This document shows positions 41,457 through 50,557 of a stretch of DNA of 64,000 bases, piece by piece (position 1 is the stretch's first letter; the number at the start of each line of letters is the position of its first letter). Where the stretch lies: contig JBHLMP010000004.1 in the NCBI GenBank assembly GCA_048938025.1, positions 1 through 64,000 of the forward strand. The letters are read 5' to 3'. The notes under the pieces are model-generated. The model saw only the letters and a list, made by a program, of their open reading frames with translations. It ran no database searches and had not been told where the DNA came from. The translations under genes and the position numbers were made by a program. Source of the stretch: Promethearchaeota archaeon. Lineage in GTDB: Archaea; Asgardarchaeota; Lokiarchaeia; Sigyniarchaeales; SOKP01.

Positions 41457-41993
41457 ATGAACATGATATTGAATGAAAATTTCGCTGATCTTGTGGATAT
41501 TGAATATAAGATAGATAAAGAGAAACTTAAAACTATAGAATTAGCTCTTGAAAAAATTTGTAGAGATACAGGTGAAGATGAATATGATTCTATCATTGAT
41601 TTAGAAGTGAAATTTAAAATTTGGATCACTGATGAAAAAATTGTAACTTTAAATGGAAGACAAATATGGATTTGGGTTATTGAGCCTTTCGTAGAGCAGA
41701 TTTTAACTAATATTAAGGCATATCTTAAAAAATTAAACTTACCAATCTCAGAATTTATTGAAATTGTTGAATTTCATCAACAAAAATGTATTAAACATCC
41801 TGAAAAAGTAGCAATATGCGCCATCCATAAAGATATCTTCCAAATAATGAAAGAAGAACATGGGATAACTGGTAGTTATTTGAAATGTTATGAATGGGAG
41901 CAAATTCAAAATTCTGAATTATGGAGAAAAGTAGAAATACAGATTACACGAGAATTAATTGCAGATAAATTAATGAGAAAACTTAAAACATAA
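41457..41993 (+). CDS. Hypothetical protein
   Basis: 178-aa ORF with no recognised motif. Confidence 0.55.
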   Translation: MNMILNENFADLVDIEYKIDKEKLKTIELALEKICRDTGEDEYDSIIDLEVKFKIWITDEKIVTLNGRQIWIWVIEPFVEQILTNIKAYLKKLNLPISEFIEIVEFHQQKCIKHPEKVAICAIHKDIFQIMKEEHGITGSYLKCYEWEQIQNSELWRKVEIQITRELIADKLMRKLKT

Positions 41994-42025
41994 AAAAAGA
42001 AAGTTTGAAAGAATATACTTTTTGT

Positions 42026-42089
42026 CCTATTTCTACATCCATTTTCTTAGGCTCTTCAAGAAGAGCATCAATAACGGAAGATCTGCTAA
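42026..42089 (-). repeat. Displaced acs 3' end (remnant 3, 64 bp, frameshifted)
   Basis: cctatttctacatccattttcttaggctcttcaagaagagcatcaataacggaagatctgctaa versus 13938-14002. Confidence 0.88.
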
Positions 42090-42163
42090 TTTAAAGGGTT
42101 TGGTAATAAATACCCAAGATTTTATCGAAGAGAAAATGGAAAATGGATGTAGATTTATTAAAA

Positions 42164-43078
42164 TTAAGCTAAATTAACTTTAATATCTTTCTTAATCATT
42201 AATTTTAGCACTGATTCCTTCCATTTGATTCTTTCATTTGAGTAAAGCTCTCTATAATAAGAAAATACATGGTCAAATTGTAGTGCCGATTTTAAGTTCT
42301 CAAGATATTTTTTTATCTGTCCTGTTCTTAACTCTCGTGGTATATATTGCTTTTTTAAAAGACCGATCCATATAGTTCCCACATCTCTTTCATAATCTAA
42401 AGCTGACATGTGGGGCATTAATTTCTCAATTAAATCATAAGGCTCCTCATCCAATAAAGGTTCAGCACTAATCGTAGTGGAAAAGCCTTCGTTTGTAGCA
42501 TGTTTAAGACTTTCTAATCTTTCCTCAAAGTTACTCCCAAAAGGCTCAAATAGTCTCAAAATATCAGAATTAACAGAACCAATAGTAAATCTAAATCCTA
42601 TAGTATCTTTGAATTTTTCAAAAATATTACATAATTTCTTTACGACAGCAAGATTTGGTTTAATAGTGATAAGAACTGTATTTTTTGCATTTAAACATTT
42701 TTTTAAAACTTTTATACATGCAGAAAAATAAGGTTCCTCAATAAAGATATTATGTGTAGTAGGAAACATAATATCCCATGGAACAGAAGTTTTTTTCTTT
42801 GATTTATCATATCTTTTTTTTACAGCATGGTCATTAACTCGCATTAACCTCCAAGAATCATCGGTATACCCTCTGTAATGTTTAGCCATAGCTTTAGCAT
42901 AACAATAAATGCATCCTATTCCACAGCCTTTAATGCAGTTCACATTCCTTCCTGCCCATTCTTTTGTACCCATTTTAAGTTTTTTTAATAAATTTTCTTT
43001 TTCTAGGGCTGTATAATTTGCTTTTAATTCTATAGCTTGGACATCGATTATAGATTTGTCTTTAGTAGATTCAATCAT
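42164..43078 (-). CDS. Radical SAM-like protein (DUF5131 / SPL-like)
   Basis: NCIKGCGIGCIYCYA (CxxxCxxC); FRFTIGS, ISAEPLL, IWIG. Confidence 0.8.
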   Translation of the reverse strand: MIESTKDKSIIDVQAIELKANYTALEKENLLKKLKMGTKEWAGRNVNCIKGCGIGCIYCYAKAMAKHYRGYTDDSWRLMRVNDHAVKKRYDKSKKKTSVPWDIMFPTTHNIFIEEPYFSACIKVLKKCLNAKNTVLITIKPNLAVVKKLCNIFEKFKDTIGFRFTIGSVNSDILRLFEPFGSNFEERLESLKHATNEGFSTTISAEPLLDEEPYDLIEKLMPHMSALDYERDVGTIWIGLLKKQYIPRELRTGQIKKYLENLKSALQFDHVFSYYRELYSNERIKWKESVLKLMIKKDIKVNLA

Positions 43079-43287
43079 TTTTTTAACACTTGATTTAATG
43101 TATATAAATTAAACTATTCTCATCTTCTTTTAAATAAAAAAACATGAGGATCATCTCTGGATATTATATTTGTTATATAAAAGTTAACAATAGATTTTTA
43201 AGTAAGATGGATATTATTAATTTTGTCAAGAGATAATTTTTAAGGGTAAGACCTCAGATTAAAATTGTTTTTGTTAAGGAGGATATT

Positions 43288-44631
43288 TTGTTTGACTTAA
43301 AGTTTGAAGAGCATACTCAAGAGAAGTTAGATGAAATCAATTACTATTATAAAACTTGGTTTGGAATCGTAAAACAACAAAAGACATACATAATTGATGC
43401 ATATGCAGGTACAGGTTATAATGAGATTAAAGGAGAGAAAAATAAAAAATCCTTAGGTTCCGCATTGTTGGCAGTTGATTTATACAGATTAGATAGTCTC
43501 GATAACCTATATATTAAATTAATCAATATAAATAGTGAGGAAATCGATATCCTTGAGAAGAATATAAGAGATTTTATAAAAAATACAAAAATGAAACAAG
43601 ATATTATCAAAAGGATTGAAGTTATAAATGATGATTGGTCTAAGGTAATAGAAGATATCATTAATCAGACAAAGGATGGTATTCGTTTATTTTTACTTGA
43701 TCCTTATGGAGCAAAGTCATTATCATGGAAAGATGTCATACAAATTGCAAAAGAGGGTAAAAGCAAATTTGGATATAAGGAGAGTGGTACTGAAATCTTG
43801 ATTAATTGGGCATGGCACACGGTAAGACGGCTTTTGGGGAAATATTATAAGAGCAAAAGAGAGGCAGAAATTAATCACTATACAGAAGTTGATAATCTTG
43901 ATACTCTATTTGGTCCTTTTAATTGGAAACAAGTAGCTAATAGATATCCCGATACGATATTCACTGAAAAAGATATAGAGAAAATTAATCAATTAAAGAA
44001 TGAATTAGTTTTAGGTTATTCTTTGAATTTATTCGAGTTTTTTAGATATATTTGTATCCACCCTGTTTATGCAAGAGTTCAAACAAGCCGTAAACAGTAT
44101 AAAGAAAGGGGTGAAATTGTATATTATCTCATTTTTGCTTCAAATTATTATGATGCCCCCAAGATTATAGCAACTAAATTTAGAGAATATATAAATAAAG
44201 AAGTATATCTACCTAAAAGTCAACCAAGCTTGGAAAAATTTATTCCAATAAAAAATACAAGCAATAAACCTATCAAAAAAAGAATAACAATTAACGATAA
44301 AATAAAGAATTTAGAGAATAAATTAAAAAGAACATTTACAATAAAGCAAAAAAATATTATTAAACAGTTCTATAAAAGAAAATCTCAAGATTATGGATAT
44401 TTTGAGTTTTATCTATTAAAAGAAATTGGATGTGAAAAAAATAATAAAGAATTTCAGATATTAATAGATCTTGGGATTATATCAATGAGACAAAAAGAAT
44501 TTAGAACTTCAGAGGGGAGTGGTGAATATTATTACTTAGACCAAACTATGTTAGTAAATAGAGAAAATTATCTTTATTTTAACAAGAAGATATACAAGTT
44601 TCTTAATGGAAGATTAAAACAAGTTAAATAG
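43288..44631 (+). CDS. tcmP: Three-Cys-motif partner protein TcmP (SAM-MTase fold, C-terminal wHTH-like)
   Basis: EHTQEK, YIIDAYAGTG, GSALLA, LFLLDPYG, TEILIN, YYLIFASN; adjacent to a CxxxCxxC protein. Confidence 0.8.
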   Translation: MFDLKFEEHTQEKLDEINYYYKTWFGIVKQQKTYIIDAYAGTGYNEIKGEKNKKSLGSALLAVDLYRLDSLDNLYIKLININSEEIDILEKNIRDFIKNTKMKQDIIKRIEVINDDWSKVIEDIINQTKDGIRLFLLDPYGAKSLSWKDVIQIAKEGKSKFGYKESGTEILINWAWHTVRRLLGKYYKSKREAEINHYTEVDNLDTLFGPFNWKQVANRYPDTIFTEKDIEKINQLKNELVLGYSLNLFEFFRYICIHPVYARVQTSRKQYKERGEIVYYLIFASNYYDAPKIIATKFREYINKEVYLPKSQPSLEKFIPIKNTSNKPIKKRITINDKIKNLENKLKRTFTIKQKNIIKQFYKRKSQDYGYFEFYLLKEIGCEKNNKEFQILIDLGIISMRQKEFRTSEGSGEYYYLDQTMLVNRENYLYFNKKIYKFLNGRLKQVK

Positions 44632-44670
44632 TTATATTCCTTGATTTTTATTATGCAAAACAATCTTAAT

Positions 44671-45705
44671 CTAAAGATTTCTAAAGTAATTGTCTACTTC
44701 ATTTGGAGAAAAGCCTTCAATCTCTATATTTTTTGAGCTTAAAGGAATGTTATTTTTTTTTAATTCTTTAAAAATATTTTTAAAAAGCAGGATTTGGGAC
44801 TTATCAATCCAAAATTGTTCCAATTTTTTTATAAATTCACACCCTATATCTATTTGTTCTATCGGATTATTAGAAATATCAAATTCCTTTAAATCTTTTA
44901 TATTTATTATCTCAGAGGGGATAAAGCTTACATTATTCATTGGTAAATATAAAATCCTTAAATGAACCATTTTAAAGATAGAATTTGGAATGATATCAAG
45001 TTCTATGTTATTTAATTCTAAATGAACTATTTCCTTAAACATATTTAGTTTATCTATGAGATTTCCAATAGGATGATCATCAATATGTAAGCTACGAACA
45101 TTTCCATATACGATATAACATGAATTTGGAATACTGATTTGTTTTTTATAATCTAATATTATTGATAATTCAAAACCAAGTTTTTGATTTATCTTTTGAA
45201 TTAAATCGAATTCATCTGGAACAAGACCCATATATTGATATAGTTTATATCTTGTTCTAAGGAGACCATATCTCTCAAGAAGATTAATACCATCTCTGCA
45301 TTCAGAGATATATTTTTCTAAAGTGAATCTATCCCAATAATGTGTTATATATTGCCCTTCTTGATTAATAGCTTTAAAATTGTCTTGAACTGATGTACTT
45401 GGTATAGTTGTAGTGATTAAAAAATAACCATCCGTATTATGTATCTTACAAGCACTACGAATATCTCCGAGTTCAGACTCATAAACTGATTTATTTGAGA
45501 CAGCTTTATTTTTGCATTGTACTAAAAATTTATAATTCTGATGTCTACCAATTACATCCTTTACAGAATATCTAATTATAAGATCTTTTTTTCTATCTGG
45601 ACCTCTCGAAGGTCCTTCCACAATTTCAATCCCAATCGATTCTAATAAATCTCTACAGAAAAATTCAAAATCTTCCCCACTAAGACTACTGAAATCAATT
45701 GGCAT
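44671..45705 (-). CDS. Mrr-like restriction endonuclease fused to leucine-rich repeats
   Basis: FEFFCRDLL...GPDRKKDLII...VQCK...YFLITT...WDR; C-term LxxLxLxNNxxxxIP repeats. Confidence 0.82.
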   Translation of the reverse strand: MPIDFSSLSGEDFEFFCRDLLESIGIEIVEGPSRGPDRKKDLIIRYSVKDVIGRHQNYKFLVQCKNKAVSNKSVYESELGDIRSACKIHNTDGYFLITTTIPSTSVQDNFKAINQEGQYITHYWDRFTLEKYISECRDGINLLERYGLLRTRYKLYQYMGLVPDEFDLIQKINQKLGFELSIILDYKKQISIPNSCYIVYGNVRSLHIDDHPIGNLIDKLNMFKEIVHLELNNIELDIIPNSIFKMVHLRILYLPMNNVSFIPSEIINIKDLKEFDISNNPIEQIDIGCEFIKKLEQFWIDKSQILLFKNIFKELKKNNIPLSSKNIEIEGFSPNEVDNYFRNL

Positions 45706-46059
45706 AATTAAAACAAAATCTATATTCTTTTAAATATTTTTAATAAATTTTTGCATATTAAGGTTAAGCACCATAAAGAGACTCTAAAGTATGAAGGGAT
45801 ACTCCTTAATGATAAAGGGGGTTGCATCGCATTATAAGGGGGGACGTTGGGAGAGAGTGTTTATTATTTGGTATGAAATGTCTCGTTTATTTGATGATTC
45901 TTTCAGTAGTGATTTTGATAGTTACATCGTTAGTTTTTATTCGCTTTTCAATAATCTAAACACAATTCTTCATACTTTTTATAGAATACTTGTTTTTATC
46001 TTTATTGGATATATTAAAAATTAAAAAAATAGAATAGATCAAATAATTGCGATAATAAT

Positions 46060-46578
46060 ATGTATGGCAAAAAAGATGGAAAAAAGTTAAAAATTGTAGA
46101 TATTGGTCAAATTCTAAATATATTACAAACAAACTGGGACAGAGTTGAATTAACAGGTGATCAAATACCATGCTTTTTATCTAGATTGACATATAATACT
46201 GAATGTAAGGTATATGCTAGTGGCTACCAAGGACCAGATTATAGAAATTATGATTCAGAATATGGATGTCCAATAACAGCAGGAATCAGGGTTGCTCGTA
46301 AATCAAAAGGGATACCATCAGGGATTATGTGGAAATTTGATGACTATACTGTCTTCAGGAATAATGCTACAGGATTACAGTTCTTAGTTGCAGGACCTTA
46401 TAAACACCCAACTGAACATCACATTGGTGATCTTCCAGATGACTATAAATCCATAGAAATCTTTGAATTTAACTATCCTAATTGTCCAAGATGTGGTTTT
46501 AAATTAAATAGGGAATATCATTGTTGTGATAAATGTGGTTGGAATAAAAAAAACCCTAACCTTTCCCAAGTAGAATAA
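46060..46578 (+). CDS. Hypothetical protein with C-terminal zinc ribbon
   Basis: CPRCG...CDKCGW. Confidence 0.6.
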   Translation: MYGKKDGKKLKIVDIGQILNILQTNWDRVELTGDQIPCFLSRLTYNTECKVYASGYQGPDYRNYDSEYGCPITAGIRVARKSKGIPSGIMWKFDDYTVFRNNATGLQFLVAGPYKHPTEHHIGDLPDDYKSIEIFEFNYPNCPRCGFKLNREYHCCDKCGWNKKNPNLSQVE

Positions 46579-46585
46579 TTAATAG

Positions 46586-46614
46586 AAAAACAAGATTTAG
46601 AAATTCTTGTTTTT
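46586..46614. terminator. Hairpin between convergent genes, possible bidirectional terminator
   Basis: aaaaacaaga-N9-tcttgttttt inverted repeat. Confidence 0.4.
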
Positions 46615-46648
46615 TCACAGGAATTTTCATTGAAATCAGACCCTTAAT

Positions 46649-47293
46649 TTATCTCTTCTTCAAATTCACCTCTTTTTTTAAAATATACTTGATTAGAAAA
46701 TCGAGATTTTCTTTTAAAGCATTTTGCCTTGATATAGTACTGCTTTTAACATTTTTGCCATTGAGTATATGGGCTATTTTTTTGGAAACATTTGAGTTTC
46801 CAAATCTTTCTTCAGATCTTAATTGGAGTTCCTGATTCTTTAGGATAATTATATATTCTTTAACAATCCTTTTTACCTTATTTAAATTATTAAATTGGAG
46901 CTTAAGTTGTTCTTCATAATAATTTTTCGTAATTCGATGAGTATTAGCATCAATTTCTTTCCGTTTTATGGCTTTATCTAAGTGTAAAATATATTGCTTC
47001 AATTTTTTTATTTGGTTTGATAATTCAAAAAAGTTATGTGAATCCTTTACTTGAGAAAGGATTATCTTCTTATTTTGGACAATCTCATTAGAAATTTTTT
47101 TTAACGCTTTAAGTTTAATTGAGAGATCCTCGTTGGGATTTTTTTTTATAGTTTTTTGCAATTTATGTAGCTTTTTGAGTAATATTTCTCTCTGATTATC
47201 AAGTTTATATATCTTATATAGTAAATCTAACTGTCTAAAACCTTCTTCTTCAGGTAATTGGTTATTTTGGTCAAAATTACTTGCTTTTATCAT
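46649..47293 (-). CDS. Coiled-coil hypothetical protein
   Basis: 214 aa, Lys/Leu/Gln heptads; follows the 1018-aa gene on the same strand. Confidence 0.55.
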   Translation of the reverse strand: MIKASNFDQNNQLPEEEGFRQLDLLYKIYKLDNQREILLKKLHKLQKTIKKNPNEDLSIKLKALKKISNEIVQNKKIILSQVKDSHNFFELSNQIKKLKQYILHLDKAIKRKEIDANTHRITKNYYEEQLKLQFNNLNKVKRIVKEYIIILKNQELQLRSEERFGNSNVSKKIAHILNGKNVKSSTISRQNALKENLDFLIKYILKKEVNLKKR

Positions 47294-47327
47294 TTTTTTT
47301 CACGCTTCTCTTTTTTTTCCTAATAAA

Positions 47328-50300
47328 TTATAGATCTTCATTACTCAATATATCATCAAATACATCTTTCATTTTTTTACCCTTTTTAATTTCTAATTCT
47401 AATTTTAAAGGTGTGTTTTCTTTTTTCCTTCTATATTTTTTTCCAAAAATCCATTTTGTAAACTTATTTGAAACAAATAAAGAAAATCCACAAATACCTA
47501 CAAAGATACATAAAGCTAGAATTGTCCAGAGAATTGAGGACTCTTGAGAAGTTCCTCCACCAGGATTGATGGGTTCAGAAGGATTTATTTCGTATTCATA
47601 TAAAATCATTCCATCAGGATGGAATCCATCATAAATTAAAAATTGAACAGAATATTCAATATCATCCAGATTTTCATAATACATTGTAAATTTGGACAAA
47701 TCTGAATAATCCTCTCTCTCAAGTTCAACAGATTCTACTAATAAGAAATTTCTATAAATATTCCCAATTATCATTGAATTGGATGCTGGATTTTGCCCTG
47801 ATGAAAATTCATAAGAGATATTCATCTCAAAGATGAGTTCTTGATGTTTATCTATTATTTTCAAGCCTGAATCATGAAACACATAGAATGTTCTAATATT
47901 AACTGGAACTTGCCCTAATTGCTCATAACCTTTATAGATCGCCACAACCCCTTCTACTTTTGGATGACAACTGGGATTTTCAGGTATTTTAAAATCTTTA
48001 TAATAAGTATTGTTTTCCAATTCCTCAAAATTAATTATTCCGAGCTGTAAGCTTTCAAAAACAACCGAAATGTCATCTCCAAAATCATCAATAATCAAAT
48101 TCTGAAATGAAACTGTAAGACTATTAACACCCCCTAAAATTATTTGTTCCATATATTCACATTCAATTTCTAATTCACTATTCAGAGCCATTTCGCAAAT
48201 CCAGAGAAAAAAATCTTGGTTAACTATTTGATAGTTTGAATTCATGTAAAACTCATTTAAATCTTCTGAATAAAGCAAATCAGCTAGATTTATTACTAAA
48301 TCATAATTGAATTCAAGACTAATATCCAAAATTTCTGAGATTTTGTATGAATAATAGATATTGTTTATTTTATTGTAGTTTATATTTTGTTGCACAAATT
48401 CTTTGATTTTTTGATTATTTAAATCATAAAGATCAAGTGCTTTTAAAACATATATCATGTAATAAGTGTTTTGTAAGATAATATCGATATTAGAGGTATA
48501 TTGAGGATCAAAATATAGTAAGGAGGAGGTTTCAACGATATTTCTTTGAATATATTCACGTAAAGCTACTTTATTAAAAGACAAATCAACAATATTTCCT
48601 AAATTCAGATGATCTACCAGCAATTCTAATGATTTTATCGCGTAATATGAATATTCAAAAAAGATTTTCTGTAATTGGCTTTCAAGGGAGAAAAAAGTAA
48701 ATCCATGCGTAGGTAAAAAAGCCCCGTACACTTCAGGAAATGAGGAATTTAGAAATTGTGATTGTGTGATGTCTTCAATTAAATTGGTTAAATCAACCTC
48801 TCCTCCAAAATCATCCAATTTAAATAGGGTATTCATTGAATTTAAGGCAAAGTACATAGATTTAAAGGAAGTAAAATAATCAATACTTGTAATGTAATTA
48901 TGATACCCTCTATTATAATATTCAATTGGGTACGAGCGAAATTCAGGCTTTAAACTATCTGCATTTATATAAGGTAGAAAAACATACCAATCTTTAGGAT
49001 AATTATTATACCTGAAAGAATTCTTTATTTCATTATATATACCTTGTATATTTAAATCTGAGACCCTATCAAATAATTGAAACGAAGAGATAATGGTATT
49101 AAGAAGATTAAGGGATGTATATTCTTGAGAGATAAGGGAAAATCCTTTAAGTTGATGATAATTATTAAGTGCTGTTAAAATCTCAGATTTGTCCAACGTA
49201 GTAAGGTTAAAAATTGCACCACTGTTATTTAAAGCTCGAATAACTTGGAAAAGATCCATTAACTCATGCATTGTAACTGTTGTAGAGGAATGCCACGTAC
49301 CTTGAGAATTTCTATTATCTAAAATGAAATTGATGACCGAAGTTTCATTTATACCTGAAAAGCCTGTCATTTTAGAAAGATCTAACCCAATTGTGGTTGC
49401 AATGAGATTAGTTATATTATGTTCAAAAACAGACATTTGAAAATAATTGTCATCTTTATATAACTCATTGAGAAATTGATGAAAGCTGTTACTGTTAATC
49501 GATTCTTCCATTCCAAAGATTTCTAATGTTTTGATACAGTAATAAGAAGAAAGAAGGTTGGGCTCATGGAGAGGCTTAATACTATCAAATAAACTATCTT
49601 TATCATTATAAAATCCTCCATATCTCCAATCAGTATTTATTGAATCTTGTAAGTCATTTATATGTTGTATTATCTCATTTTTTCGCACGGTATAACTAAT
49701 CCAATCTTCCATTAGCAAATTTAATGCCATAACTGCAAAATATGTATTATCCATTGTAGAAATTTTAAAAGAGTCTTCTAAATCTACATTATATGGTTGA
49801 CCGATAAAGCCAATTGTGATAGGATTATAACAACTCCAGATGAAATCGATAAATTTTTGTCTGTCGATTAAGTCTAATTTGTTTAAAATATGTAATGATA
49901 AAATAGCATAGCAATTGACTTCAAGGAGAGATGTCAAAGGATAATATGCTTGTGAGAAATCTGTGTCCAAGTATCGATAAGAATATTCATCGAAAAATAA
50001 ATTAGATTCTTGATTATAAGTAGAGATTATATAATTCGTTATTGTTGTTTTATTTATTTCACCTAAATTACCAAGAACATCAAGAATATACAACCCATAA
50101 TATGTAGCTTGTAGCGAAGGTTTATAAATTTGAGGAAAATAGGCATATAATTCATAATCACTAAGTTTTCTGTCAAAAATAGCTTCAATATTGTCCATAT
50201 TTCTACAGGTTGAAGCTTTTAGTTGATTTTTAGTTCTAGATTCTACTCTCTCATCATAATATTGGTGATCATTGACTGAATCTATTCTATATTTAATATT

Positions 50301-50384
50301 ATTAATTGGATACGTGAAAATAATTTGAGAAACTACAAATATTATTACCAATACAATAGTTTTATTCCTTTTCATGCTGACCAT
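47328..50384 (-). CDS. Secreted, membrane-anchored prenyltransferase/squalene-cyclase-repeat (alpha-alpha toroid) protein
   Basis: Signal peptide; repeated TYYxxxxLxxL units with GF/GGF turns; C-terminal TM plus basic tail. Confidence 0.72.
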   Translation of the reverse strand: MVSMKRNKTIVLVIIFVVSQIIFTYPINNIKYRIDSVNDHQYYDERVESRTKNQLKASTCRNMDNIEAIFDRKLSDYELYAYFPQIYKPSLQATYYGLYILDVLGNLGEINKTTITNYIISTYNQESNLFFDEYSYRYLDTDFSQAYYPLTSLLEVNCYAILSLHILNKLDLIDRQKFIDFIWSCYNPITIGFIGQPYNVDLEDSFKISTMDNTYFAVMALNLLMEDWISYTVRKNEIIQHINDLQDSINTDWRYGGFYNDKDSLFDSIKPLHEPNLLSSYYCIKTLEIFGMEESINSNSFHQFLNELYKDDNYFQMSVFEHNITNLIATTIGLDLSKMTGFSGINETSVINFILDNRNSQGTWHSSTTVTMHELMDLFQVIRALNNSGAIFNLTTLDKSEILTALNNYHQLKGFSLISQEYTSLNLLNTIISSFQLFDRVSDLNIQGIYNEIKNSFRYNNYPKDWYVFLPYINADSLKPEFRSYPIEYYNRGYHNYITSIDYFTSFKSMYFALNSMNTLFKLDDFGGEVDLTNLIEDITQSQFLNSSFPEVYGAFLPTHGFTFFSLESQLQKIFFEYSYYAIKSLELLVDHLNLGNIVDLSFNKVALREYIQRNIVETSSLLYFDPQYTSNIDIILQNTYYMIYVLKALDLYDLNNQKIKEFVQQNINYNKINNIYYSYKISEILDISLEFNYDLVINLADLLYSEDLNEFYMNSNYQIVNQDFFLWICEMALNSELEIECEYMEQIILGGVNSLTVSFQNLIIDDFGDDISVVFESLQLGIINFEELENNTYYKDFKIPENPSCHPKVEGVVAIYKGYEQLGQVPVNIRTFYVFHDSGLKIIDKHQELIFEMNISYEFSSGQNPASNSMIIGNIYRNFLLVESVELEREDYSDLSKFTMYYENLDDIEYSVQFLIYDGFHPDGMILYEYEINPSEPINPGGGTSQESSILWTILALCIFVGICGFSLFVSNKFTKWIFGKKYRRKKENTPLKLELEIKKGKKMKDVFDDILSNEDL

Positions 50385-50557
50385 TTTCCTATTTTATTAT
50401 CATTTTTTGTTTAACCACTTTTATGTTGGTTATATTTAAATGAAAAAGAAAAGTATTGGACATTTTTGTAAGTCTTTAATTTTGTTTTTTTGTTTATAAA
50501 TAAATAACAGAATTAAGGTGAAATTAACTATAAATTAATTTTTACAACAGGAATAAA

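Larger units (their letters stand above)
14188..42025. mobile_element. Genomic island B (~28 kb) bounded by acs 3'-end direct repeats
   Basis: 13938-14002 and 42026-42089 differ at about 6 of 65 positions; cargo is accessory (surface proteins, RM enzyme, degenerate helicase-like gene); no integrase seen. Confidence 0.65.

Noticed and set aside
45770-46024. G-rich intergenic patch and 77-aa ORF 45791..46024
   Set aside because: No recognisable protein motif, tRNA fold or second copy in the window, so no call can be supported.
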